Positions 10,483-19,596 of a stretch of 64,000 nt of DNA are shown here, piece after piece. The notes under the pieces were generated by a model that saw only the letters and a list, made by a program, of their open reading frames with translations, did not search any database and was not told where the DNA came from. Location of the stretch: the NCBI GenBank assembly GCA_020631335.1, contig JAHDHK010000001.1, forward strand, positions 7,836 through 71,835, written 5' to 3'. The position numbers and the translations under genes were made by a program. The first letter of the stretch is position 1, and each line of letters starts with the position of its first letter. Source of the stretch: Chromatiales bacterium. GTDB lineage: Bacteria; Pseudomonadota; Gammaproteobacteria; Granulosicoccales; Granulosicoccaceae.

Positions 10483-11320
10483 GAATGACAGCCTCCGGTT
10501 TTATAAAGGCACTGCCTTTTTTGTACTCTTCGAAACCGATGAATGTTTTGCCAGCAGCAACGCAAAGATCTTCAACCATCGACTGTGCGTGAAGACAGAA
10601 CTCTTTATCCGACAAAATGCGACTGTCCGTTGGAAGCTGTACAACCACTCCCCGCTTCATTATTCTGCAACGTATATCGCCGGGTGTGGTTAGTTGTGTG
10701 ATGAGTCTTTCTACCTGATGTATCAGCTGAAGGTCATTCGGGTTGATCGTAATTCCGGTTTCAACCCGACTTGAAAGGCAGGGTGCCGCCGGCAGTTGTG
10801 CCAGCGTACCCAGGTTTTCGTCGCTGGCGATCTGGCGGATGGTGTCCTTGTTTACCCCCGCTTCAACATAAGGTTGCCAAACCTGTTGCTCGGCAGCGGC
10901 TTTTAAACCGGGCCGGAAATCTCCCAGATCGTCTATATTGGTGCCGGTCGCAATGGTTCCGGTTCCGGCGACGTTTTTACAGGCGTTAATCGCAGTAAAA
11001 AGACTGCTCTTGCAGTAATAACAACGATTGTGCGGGTTGCTCACATATTGCTCACTTTCAAATTCAAGTGCGTTTATTTCCTGCAATTCCCACCCGAACT
11101 GCACCGCCAGTGAACGACACCTTTCGGTTGCTTCCACCGGTACCGCCGCTGACACCGCATGCATCGCAATGGTCGGGTGTACCCTGACCCGAGCGGCAAC
11201 CGTCATGAGTGTAAGACTGTCGATACCACCGCTTAACGCAATGTATAGCGTGCCTTCTTTACTTTGAAGCAAGCGGCGGAGTTTGTCGTCGCACTCAATC
11301 ATCGACGGCACTTTTTTCAA
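10469..11320 (-). CDS. larE: ATP-dependent sulfur transferase LarE (PP-loop ATPase)
   Basis: PP-loop ALSGGIDSLTL, NRCYYCKSSLF, and PCLSSRV (position of the sulfur-donating Cys). Overlaps larC by 26 bp. Confidence 0.85.
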   Translation of the reverse strand: MKKVPSMIECDDKLRRLLQSKEGTLYIALSGGIDSLTLMTVAARVRVHPTIAMHAVSAAVPVEATERCRSLAVQFGWELQEINALEFESEQYVSNPHNRCYYCKSSLFTAINACKNVAGTGTIATGTNIDDLGDFRPGLKAAAEQQVWQPYVEAGVNKDTIRQIASDENLGTLAQLPAAPCLSSRVETGITINPNDLQLIHQVERLITQLTTPGDIRCRIMKRGVVVQLPTDSRILSDKEFCLHAQSMVEDLCVAAGKTFIGFEEYKKGSAFIKPEAVIRAGV

Positions 11321-12476
11321 TGGTCAGGGCGAGCGCTCTTCGCGCCTGCAGTGTCTCTATTTCATTAAGACAGTCACGTTCAACTTTCGCGGTTAGTGTT
11401 CCCTGCGGTCGACAAGCTGTTTTTACCGGGTAACCATCGATCTCTTTGTGGTCCCGATGCAGGATTTTTCGCTGTAAATTCATATGACGCACGCCCAGTG
11501 TGGTTGTCTGCCGAAAGCACTGTTCAATCACAGCATCCATAGCATCGGGTGCTAACAATAAACGCAACCCGGTTGCCTGCCTGCCTTTCTTACCCTGCAT
11601 GACCACGGTGCTGATGTCGAGTACGCCAGACTCATCTCTAAGAATATCGATCGACTGTGCGATCTCTTCTGCGGTCATATCGTCTACTTCGAAGGCCAGA
11701 TGCGTAACCGGATCACTGCATACCATGTTGGTTTCCGGTTGTTCAAAAATGCAAACCCGAAATATGTTGGCACGATCGGCCAGTTGACGGGTACCACATC
11801 CAACACCAGTTTGAGCAAGCCTCGCGGCGCCGGTTTTCTGCTGAAGTTTATCGGGTTTTAGATAAGCCAGAATGGCAGCACCCGTCGGGGTGACGCGTTC
11901 ACCGGGTTGTCCATCGTCACTCCACTCGAACGACTCCAGTAATTGCACTGTGGCGGGTGCCGGCAACGGGATATCACCATGAGCTGTGGTGATCGTTCCT
12001 CCCCCCAGCGGCAACGGTCCGATACGCCATTGACGACAATCCAGGCGCGCGATGATACCCGCAGCGGCAAGAATGTCTACCATGGAATCCCAGTCTGACA
12101 CCTCATGAAAGTGCACGGTTTCAACAGGTTTGCCGTGTACTGCCGCCTCGGCTTTTGCCAGAAGACGATAAATATCTATGGCGACGTCAGTGATACCAGA
12201 ATCAAGAGATTTACCGTTGAGAAAGTCGATCACGGCCGGCAGCGTACGTGGCGGTTTCTCATCAGTTGATTGATTTACAGAGAAATGCTGTGCATACAGT
12301 CCTTTGGATGTTTGCTTTGACAGTATTGCGTCCAGCCCTTCGATGTTCAGTTGTGCAAGGTCTTTCAGGAAATCATCATAAAGCCACGGGCAGGCATCAA
12401 ACAGTGCTGCCGCAAACATATCACCGGCAACGCCTCCGAGCGCATGGCAGTCTATTCGAACAGGTATCATGCGCAA
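11295..12476 (-). CDS. larC: Nickel insertion protein LarC (DUF111, CTP-dependent cyclometallase), single unsplit ORF
   Basis: N-terminal DCHALGGVAGDMFAAALFDA motif. Length about 390 aa. Overlaps larA by 10 bp. Confidence 0.85.
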   Translation of the reverse strand: MRMIPVRIDCHALGGVAGDMFAAALFDACPWLYDDFLKDLAQLNIEGLDAILSKQTSKGLYAQHFSVNQSTDEKPPRTLPAVIDFLNGKSLDSGITDVAIDIYRLLAKAEAAVHGKPVETVHFHEVSDWDSMVDILAAAGIIARLDCRQWRIGPLPLGGGTITTAHGDIPLPAPATVQLLESFEWSDDGQPGERVTPTGAAILAYLKPDKLQQKTGAARLAQTGVGCGTRQLADRANIFRVCIFEQPETNMVCSDPVTHLAFEVDDMTAEEIAQSIDILRDESGVLDISTVVMQGKKGRQATGLRLLLAPDAMDAVIEQCFRQTTTLGVRHMNLQRKILHRDHKEIDGYPVKTACRPQGTLTAKVERDCLNEIETLQARRALALTIEKSAVDD

Positions 12477-13750
12477 AACGGCACCACGTAGGGGCCTTCG
12501 GGAATCACAGCCAGCTCCGAATCACCCTGCGCTGCCAGACTTTCCGCAATAGCCGCATCAAGGTCATTCACTGCCGCCACCCCGGTCGCTGCATGCAACG
12601 TACCTTCAAGCTGCGGTGCAAACAGTTTGATACGACCTACGCGCATGGGTTTGAGCTGCATCTCAGTTTGCCACTCATCGATATCGGCCAGTGATTTTTC
12701 AGTCAGTGTCTCTAGAAATGCATCGACACCCAAACTGACCAGTCTTTTTTGTGCCGCCAGAAACTCTTCGGAACCAAAGCCCTCGGAACATTCCGAGACG
12801 ATGATCAGATCACCACCCGGCTCAAGAATATCGAGCGGTGTGACCATCCCCTTAACCGTTTGATAGTAGGTTTTATCGAGCGGATAACCTGCCGAGCTTG
12901 TCAATACGGTTTTAAACTTCCGTCCGACTTTTACCTCACAACTCTGGCGTGCAAAAGCGACTGCCTGCATGTGACTTTCAACTATGTCACCAAACGAGAC
13001 GAACGCGAGATTTCTGTGTTCATCAATCACTGTGTTGAGGCCGAGCACAGGCCCCTGCAACATGTTAACAATTTCAAGTTGCGTTTCATGCAGCGGGTTA
13101 CCCTCAAGATTGCACGAGGTGGCAAACGGACTTTCCATAAACCTCGCACTGTGAAAGGTGCGAATCGTTTCGTGGTGCGCCACCCCCGGCGCGATCACTT
13201 TACGACCACCGGAATAACCTGCCATAAAGTGTGGCTCGACAAGTCCGGTGGCAATTTTGATATCCGCATTGACAAAGGTTTGGTTCAGCCCCACCGGCAC
13301 CCGGTGTTTTTGAGTCGTCCCCAGTGATACGCACTGCGCTTCATCCCGTGCATAGTGATTCTCGACGCTGACATGCTGTTGCACCCAGGGATCACCGATG
13401 AGTTCTTCGAGTTCATCGCCAAGGTTCGGTCGATGCAGTCCGGTGGCTACCAGCACGGTGATCCCGGACGCAGGCACTCCTGCCGCAAGCAACCGCTGAA
13501 TGAGCGGCTTCAGAAATAAATGATTCGGTACCGGGCGGGTGATGTCACAAATCAAAATACACGCGCTGGACGCATCTTTGGCCAGCGACGCGAGCGACTC
13601 ACTGCCTGCCGGGTTATCCAGTGCAGCCTGGATTTGTGACCCGGCGTCAGCAGATACGTCCATCTGCGGCTTTCGAATGACGGTAGGCCGGGCTGCTGCG
13701 GGCAAGGTGACGTCAAGCCCGTTGTGGCCATAGGCTAGTTGTATTTTCAT
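12467..13750 (-). CDS. larA: LarA-family nickel-pincer-dependent 2-hydroxyacid racemase/epimerase, substrate unknown
   Basis: 427 aa. GLVEPHFMAGYSGGRKVIAPGVAHHETI contains the His / tethering Lys / Ni-ligand His region of lactate racemase. First gene of the four-gene overlapping operon. Confidence 0.85.
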   Translation of the reverse strand: MKIQLAYGHNGLDVTLPAAARPTVIRKPQMDVSADAGSQIQAALDNPAGSESLASLAKDASSACILICDITRPVPNHLFLKPLIQRLLAAGVPASGITVLVATGLHRPNLGDELEELIGDPWVQQHVSVENHYARDEAQCVSLGTTQKHRVPVGLNQTFVNADIKIATGLVEPHFMAGYSGGRKVIAPGVAHHETIRTFHSARFMESPFATSCNLEGNPLHETQLEIVNMLQGPVLGLNTVIDEHRNLAFVSFGDIVESHMQAVAFARQSCEVKVGRKFKTVLTSSAGYPLDKTYYQTVKGMVTPLDILEPGGDLIIVSECSEGFGSEEFLAAQKRLVSLGVDAFLETLTEKSLADIDEWQTEMQLKPMRVGRIKLFAPQLEGTLHAATGVAAVNDLDAAIAESLAAQGDSELAVIPEGPYVVPFCA

Positions 13751-13946
13751 GGTCAGATCATCTGGAGTAACCGTATTGCAGTGTACTGCTGATCAGGGCT
13801 GCATGAAACTCAAAGCACCATTTGGCACACAATGCCTGCCCGGTGCACCACGTAGAATGATTTCCTGTATTTGAAGCCTGCTTCCTTTTGTTCGCGCGTT
13901 GATGACCATATATTGCCGTTAAACCGATAAAAAATAAGACAACAAA

Positions 13947-14756
13947 ATGAGCGCTATTTCCTCCGGCGACGCAAACTCTGCCAGCTCTGTCCCGCTGCAA
14001 CAGGTCACCGCAATAAAACACTGGAATGACCGGCTTTTTTCGTTTCGGGTTACCCGCCCCGACAGCCTGCGTTTTCGTTCGGGTGAATTCACCATGATCG
14101 GCCTGCCCGATGTGCAATCGGGTAAACCACTTCAGCGCGCCTATTCGATTGCCAGCCCGGCATGGGATGATGAGCTCGAGTTTTATTCGATAAAGGTACC
14201 GGACGGACCACTAACCTCACGGCTGAAAAACATTCGTGTAGGTGACAATCTGGTGGTGCAGAACAAACCCGTTGGCAGTCTGGTACTGGACGCACTGCTA
14301 CCTGGCAAGCGCCTTTATATGTTTGCCACTGGCACCGGCGTCGCCCCATTCGCTTCGATTGTCCGCGATCCGGAGCTCTACCAGCGCTTTGAGCAGATTA
14401 TCCTCACCCATACCTGCCGGCACATCGATGAGCTCGGTTTCAGTCAGGATTTAATGAAACACCTGCCGAACGATCCTTTGGTGGGCGAATATGTGGCGAA
14501 CGCAGTGCGCTACTATCCGTCGATCACACAGGAAGACTTCACGCCACGCGGACGGATAACTCATCTGCTGGAAAGCGGGCAGCTGTTCCGTGATCTGGCG
14601 ATAGAGCCTCTGTGTGCAGACACTGACCGGGTAATGATCTGCGGCTCGATGGGACTCAATAAAGATATGAAAGCGATCTGCATCGATCACGGCCTGGTAG
14701 AAGGGTCAAACAGCAGACCGGGCACTTTCGTTATGGAAAAAGCATTTGTCGGATGA
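13947..14756 (+). CDS. fpr: Ferredoxin--NADP+ reductase
   Basis: FAD motif RAYSIASP, NADP motif MFATGTGVAPF, C-terminal FVMEKAFVG. Confidence 0.9.
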   Translation: MSAISSGDANSASSVPLQQVTAIKHWNDRLFSFRVTRPDSLRFRSGEFTMIGLPDVQSGKPLQRAYSIASPAWDDELEFYSIKVPDGPLTSRLKNIRVGDNLVVQNKPVGSLVLDALLPGKRLYMFATGTGVAPFASIVRDPELYQRFEQIILTHTCRHIDELGFSQDLMKHLPNDPLVGEYVANAVRYYPSITQEDFTPRGRITHLLESGQLFRDLAIEPLCADTDRVMICGSMGLNKDMKAICIDHGLVEGSNSRPGTFVMEKAFVG

Positions 14757-14906
14757 TGCAGGGTTGCTCAGGAATATAAATCAGCATGCGAAGGCGCATG
14801 AGACAAAAATATTGAACCATCACCCGGATATCTGTTCCAATGACTTACCACTGGACATCGGGTCCAATGGCAATACTATTCTTGTAACACAGGAGTGCAA
14901 CAGCCT

Positions 14907-15305
14907 ATGAAACGACGTCAGTTTCTGGCCATGTCCGCGATCGCACCCTTTGCCGGCGTCGCGCTGGCAGAAGATGCGAAGCACGAGGACTACACCCGCG
15001 AGGCTTACGAGCAGGCTCTCGCGACTGGTGAGCCATTTTTGCTTGATTTTTCCGCTCCCTGGTGAGGGACCTGCCGAGCTCAAGAGCGCACCGTGAGTGC
15101 ACTAATAGACGGTAACCCTGCCTATAAGGCGGTAAAAGTAATAACAGTAGACTGGGACACTTTTAAAAGTGCTCCAATTGTAGAAGAGCTGGATATCCCG
15201 CGTCGCTCAACACTGGTGATGTTCAAAGATGGTGAGGAAGTCGGGCGGGTGGTTGCACAGACATCTGCCAAGGCGATCGAACCACTGTTTATCGCTGCGA
15301 CCTGA
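14907..15305 (+). CDS. Tat-signal thioredoxin-fold protein with an in-frame TGA at the first CxxC position (candidate selenoprotein; alternatively a nonsense pseudogene)
   Basis: ATG 14907 has AGGAG upstream. Signal MKRRQFLAMSAIAPFAGVALA. The sequence reads ...FLLDFSAPW-TGA(15063-15065)-GTCRAQ... in the same frame as track ORF 15093..15305. Cis-Pro context DIPRRSTLVMF. Confidence 0.55.
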
Positions 15306-15491
15306 CCGGGTAAATTATGGCATCAGGCTTGTTGGTTGTTCGGCTAAACCGGAGAGGAAAGGCACAAGTACCCACCGGTAGTTGAGGCTTTCAAAACAGA
15401 TGCTTTACCGCAACCACACAGATGCGATAGTTACTCTATACCAGCGCCAGCCTGGGTCGACATCACCACACCGGTGGTGTCGACTCAGGGT

Positions 15492-16358
15492 TCAGTATCG
15501 AGTAGCCACATAGACACCGATGGCTGCAATCAGGATTCCGGGCCACGCTAACACCGGCATTACCTCTCCCAGTAGAAGCCATGCAATCAACGCTGCAATC
15601 GGTGGCACCAGAAACAGCAGCGCTGAGACCCGGCTGACCTCGCCGGCGCGGATCATCGCGAGTAATAACCCCACAGCAATGACCGAATTCCCGATGACGA
15701 GATAGGCAAGCGCTGCCAACAGCTCGCCGCTCCAGATAACCTCCCTGCTTTCAAACAGGAAAACAAACGGCAGAATTCCAAGCAGCCCCACTGCATATCC
15801 AGCCAGGTTCGCGACCACCGGATGATGTGAAACACCGAACCGTTTTTCCCATAGTGACCCCAGTGTGATGCCGCACAGCGCAAAAAGCGCACACCCAAAA
15901 CCGAACAATGAAGGTGCTTCGATTGTGGACCTCGTGCCGATAACAATAGCCACACCGAGCAAGCCGAGCATCAGCCCGGCGTAGCGCTGCCAGGTTACCC
16001 GTTCCGCATTGAATGACGGGGCCACCAGCGCGACCAGCACCGGCTGAAGAGACATTATCAACGCCAGTGTGCCAGCCGCCACCCCGGACGCAAAACCCAG
16101 ATAGGAAAAGCCAAAGTAGACGCTTTGCAATAGAAAACCCACAACGGCTAAATGCAGCCATTCACGCGGGTGGCGAGGCAGCGGAGGGCGCAGATACCCG
16201 TACAACAGCAACATAATACCTACAACACTCGCGAAGCGAATCGCAAGAAAGGTCAGTGGCTCGGCGTACTGCAATCCGAGCTTGGCAGTGGCATAACCAC
16301 CAGACCACAGCAATAGGAAAATTACCGGCGCTACACTCAGCCAGTACTTATTGCTCAC
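15492..16358 (-). CDS. DMT superfamily (EamA-type) transporter
   Basis: About ten hydrophobic helices in two EamA-like halves. 288 aa. Confidence 0.85.
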   Translation of the reverse strand: MSNKYWLSVAPVIFLLLWSGGYATAKLGLQYAEPLTFLAIRFASVVGIMLLLYGYLRPPLPRHPREWLHLAVVGFLLQSVYFGFSYLGFASGVAAGTLALIMSLQPVLVALVAPSFNAERVTWQRYAGLMLGLLGVAIVIGTRSTIEAPSLFGFGCALFALCGITLGSLWEKRFGVSHHPVVANLAGYAVGLLGILPFVFLFESREVIWSGELLAALAYLVIGNSVIAVGLLLAMIRAGEVSRVSALLFLVPPIAALIAWLLLGEVMPVLAWPGILIAAIGVYVATRY

Positions 16359-16478
16359 GGTAAATATTCATTCAGGCTCCTGCCCTATTCGCTGCTGTGT
16401 ATTAGCGCTACAAGCGTTCAGCGCCGTAAAAACCGTGTCGCACACTGTGCTTGTCGAGTTATCGCAATTTGATACGAT

Positions 16479-17717
16479 TTGCCGATGAATACGGTGCACC
16501 CCGATTACCTGGTTACTCACGATGAGTGGAGTGACATTACACAATTATTCGCACTGCCGGAAATTAATTTCGACGCCCTGTATCGATACCGTTTAGCACG
16601 CATAAAACTTCAGTTGAACAAGGCTGATGCCGCCTGCTGTCTGATCGTCAACCCGGTATCACTGCGCTATGCCGTTGATTATCGAACCTACGGTTTATTT
16701 CAGTCGCACATTCCTACCACCTACCTGCTGATACCTCAGGATGGACCAGTGGTGTTGTACGCCGCATACGGCACGGCACCGGGTGTGGACAGAACAGAAA
16801 CGGGTCACGCACTATCGTTTTTCGATGGCGGGAAAAACCTGACCGAAGCTGCTAATGCACTGGCTGACGATCTGTTGCGATACCTGTCCGAGCTGGGTAC
16901 AGATAATCGCAAAGTTGCCATTGAATATGTTAACCCGTCAATAACCGCCGCACTTCAACAGGCAGGGCTTGAAGTGATCGATGGGGTTGCAATCACTGAA
17001 CAGGCGCGTCTTATAAAATCTGCAGAAGAAATCACCTGCATGAAGTGGGCAATCAAAGTTGCACAACACGGCATAGCACAGGTGCAAAAAGCAATCCGGC
17101 CCGGTGTGTCCGAGTTACAGCTCTGGGCACTACTTAACTACACCAACCTTGCGAACAACGGCGACTGGCACGAAGGCAGAATGCTCGCTTCAGGAACGCG
17201 AATAAACCCCTGGTTGCAGGAGGCCTCCGCGAGGAAGATAGCGTCGGGTGATCTGGTGGGTTTCGATACTGATATGGTAGGTCCGTTTGGCTACTTCGCC
17301 GATGTTTCCAGAACAATGCACTGCGGCCCGACACAACCGACACGAAGGCAACGGCAGTTATATCAGCTTGCGGTGACGGAAGTTCAACATAATATGGCAT
17401 TAGTGAAACCCGGCATCACTCTTAAGGAATTTCAAAAAGATGCGTGGCCGATTCCGCAGGAGTTTCAGCAAAACGCTTATACCTGCATATGCCATGCTGT
17501 GGGTATGTGTGATGAATACCCGAGGATCAACCCGATACACCGCGGCGAAACACCCTACAATGATACTATTCAGGCGGGCATGGTGTTATGCATTGAAAGC
17601 TATATCGGCGCGATTGGCGAGCGAGATGGCGTCAAACTGGAACAGCAGGTACTGGTGACCGACGATGGTTGCGAACTGCTCTCAACCTACCCGCTGGACG
17701 ATGCACTGATGCAGTAG
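16479..17717 (+). CDS. M24-family (creatinase/prolidase fold) metalloenzyme, DddP-like
   Basis: Pita-bread metal-ligand pattern: FDTDMVGPFGYFADVSR, HAVGMCDE, CIESY, KLEQQVLVTDDG. The track ORF starts at TTG 16479; ATG 16485 is the likelier start. Confidence 0.8.
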   Translation: MPMNTVHPDYLVTHDEWSDITQLFALPEINFDALYRYRLARIKLQLNKADAACCLIVNPVSLRYAVDYRTYGLFQSHIPTTYLLIPQDGPVVLYAAYGTAPGVDRTETGHALSFFDGGKNLTEAANALADDLLRYLSELGTDNRKVAIEYVNPSITAALQQAGLEVIDGVAITEQARLIKSAEEITCMKWAIKVAQHGIAQVQKAIRPGVSELQLWALLNYTNLANNGDWHEGRMLASGTRINPWLQEASARKIASGDLVGFDTDMVGPFGYFADVSRTMHCGPTQPTRRQRQLYQLAVTEVQHNMALVKPGITLKEFQKDAWPIPQEFQQNAYTCICHAVGMCDEYPRINPIHRGETPYNDTIQAGMVLCIESYIGAIGERDGVKLEQQVLVTDDGCELLSTYPLDDALMQ

Positions 17718-17761
17718 TAAAAAACTTCATTGGCTATAAAACCCCACCCCTTCACACACCA

Positions 17762-18283
17762 TTACGAATCGATAAACGGATCTATATTCCCGGATTCGTT
17801 AACACGAACTATATTCGCGGTGTTGATTTCATCGGGCGCTTCAAAAAAGCGTGTTATTGCATCAAACATTTCAACGGTATCTGTTGCCGCTCTTTGTGGA
17901 TGCTCAGCGGCACGCTGACGCAGACGCGCTTTACAAACCGTATCAGACACTTCGAAATAATACAGCCGGAAGCCCGCACCGGCGGATTGTGCAAGGTTGA
18001 TGAGCCACGCCCTTTGCGATTCTGTGTTAGCAGGAAAGTCCATCGCAATCGACGCACCACCAGACAACAGTTGCACAATCAGGTTTTCAATTGTCGACTT
18101 AAGCCGGCCTGATCGGCTCACATAGCCCGGTACATCGACAATTTCTGCCGGGTAAAGCTTACCCAGCATATCGTCTTCACTGAGTAACAACAGATTATTC
18201 CGCTGAGACAGATCACTGGCAAACGTCGACTTCCCTGCAGCCATCTTTCCACAAAACAGATATAACATTGCCCGATTTTCCAT
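17762..18283 (-). CDS. Small P-loop kinase/ATPase (AAA_33-like)
   Basis: Walker A LFCGKMAAGKST near the N-terminus. 173 aa. Confidence 0.6.
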   Translation of the reverse strand: MENRAMLYLFCGKMAAGKSTFASDLSQRNNLLLLSEDDMLGKLYPAEIVDVPGYVSRSGRLKSTIENLIVQLLSGGASIAMDFPANTESQRAWLINLAQSAGAGFRLYYFEVSDTVCKARLRQRAAEHPQRAATDTVEMFDAITRFFEAPDEINTANIVRVNESGNIDPFIDS

Positions 18284-18307
18284 ACCGGTTAAACCCGCAA
18301 TAACGGG

Positions 18308-19144
18308 TTACGGCATTTCATCGAACTGGTCGAGCTCATCGGCAATCTCAAACCAGTCAGACTTGGACCCGACATAAATGTGTCCGCGCGATTGAATGCC
18401 CGGCGCGTCATCGAGAGAGCCCGCTGGAATATTTACCATGGGTGCGTTGTCCGCTTTGCGAGGTACTGATGAGCCGCAGGTTTTGCAAAAGCTGTTACCG
18501 AATCGTTCTGCTTCAGCATGATCGTAAACCACCACCTGTTCTTCACCCCGCAGCCAGGTAAAATTTTCCGGGGGCACGAATACATTCATGGCATGAGCGG
18601 CACCCTTTACTTTCCGGCAGCGCGTGCAATGACAGTACATCATCAGTTTCGCATCACCGGTGAACTGATAGGCCACCGCGTCGCACTGACAGCTACCCGC
18701 TCTGGCGGCATCGACACGACCGGCTCTGGAAGGTTGATCCACACCTTGCGTGGCATGCTCGGAATAGCCTTCATACTGCGGAAGCTGATCTGATATTTCG
18801 TACCAGGACGCACGGGAGGTGGCAAAAATATGCTTGCCGGGTTTTACACCGACCTCTCCATCAAGCCCGCCGGCAGCGACAAACATATAGTCGGCCTCAT
18901 CCACCTGCTCGGGTAACACTGAGCCGCAACGATTACAGAAACATCGCTCAAAATTATGAGACGAGCGATAGCGCGAGATGTGTTCCTCACCGGACAGCCA
19001 CTCAACACCACTGGTTTGGACATAGGTTGCGAAAGCGGTGCCGTGGATTTTTCGACAAATGGAGCAGTGGCAATGCGCCATGGACTCGGGTTCGCTGAGT
19101 AACCGATAGCTTACCGCACCACACAGACAGGAACCTTTATTCAT
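18308..19144 (-). CDS. Protein with two tandem GFA (glutathione-dependent formaldehyde-activating / CENP-V) domains
   Basis: Two copies of the zinc Cys pattern: CLCGAVSY...CHCSICRK and CQCDAVAY...CHCTRCRK. Start set at ATG 19144, which has AGGA 9 nt upstream. Confidence 0.8.
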   Translation of the reverse strand: MNKGSCLCGAVSYRLLSEPESMAHCHCSICRKIHGTAFATYVQTSGVEWLSGEEHISRYRSSHNFERCFCNRCGSVLPEQVDEADYMFVAAGGLDGEVGVKPGKHIFATSRASWYEISDQLPQYEGYSEHATQGVDQPSRAGRVDAARAGSCQCDAVAYQFTGDAKLMMYCHCTRCRKVKGAAHAMNVFVPPENFTWLRGEEQVVVYDHAEAERFGNSFCKTCGSSVPRKADNAPMVNIPAGSLDDAPGIQSRGHIYVGSKSDWFEIADELDQFDEMP

Positions 19145-19268
19145 TGTTTTTATCCTCGTTAGTGCTGTTGATGTTACCAGATGCAGGCGGCTCAATGCAG
19201 AGTGGTCAGCGCATGGCAGCCCTCACTGCGATAAGCGATAATCAATTTTTAGCAAAAGAGTCTGGCGG

Positions 19269-19490
19269 ATGTCCGAGATCGAAATTCACAGTGAACCGGT
19301 GGAACTATACAAACTATTGAAATTCGAGGGCCTGGCACAAAGTGGTGGCGAGGCAAAGTCCCTGGTGGCAGCAGGGGCGGTTCAGCTCAACAGCCAGGTG
19401 GAAACCCGGAAAAGAAAAAAAGTTTATGCCGGAGACATGGTGACATTCAACGGCGAAACGTATCGAATTGTGCTTAACTCAACGGGTTAA
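19269..19490 (+). CDS. ybcJ: S4-domain RNA-binding protein YbcJ-like
   Basis: 73 aa. LYKLLKFEGLAQSGGEAKSLVAAGAVQLNSQVETRKRKKVYAGD matches the YbcJ family pattern. Confidence 0.75.
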   Translation: MSEIEIHSEPVELYKLLKFEGLAQSGGEAKSLVAAGAVQLNSQVETRKRKKVYAGDMVTFNGETYRIVLNSTG

Positions 19491-19596
19491 AACGGTTTTT
19501 CGCACCATCGTCGTTGAACTGTTAGCACGCAGAAATCCCGAGCCCGCGCCGGATCAAACCTGAAGGTTTACAACTTGAGGACTTGCACCGGGGAGC

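Noticed and set aside
13823-13839. Sigma-54-like TGGCAC-acaat-GCCTGC in the larA/fpr intergenic region
   Set aside because: The GC of the would-be -12 element is displaced by 2 nt from the GG-N10-GC spacing. Its orientation would drive fpr, which is not a known sigma-54 target.
14820-15305. Treating track ORF 15093..15305 (+) and the minus-strand ORFs 14820..15083 and 14905..15102 as separate small genes
   Set aside because: The + frame from ATG 14907 through 15305 encodes one coherent thioredoxin fold (signal peptide, W-x-G-T-C, cis-Pro) interrupted only by TGA 15063. The minus-strand ORFs have no motifs and overlap it entirely.
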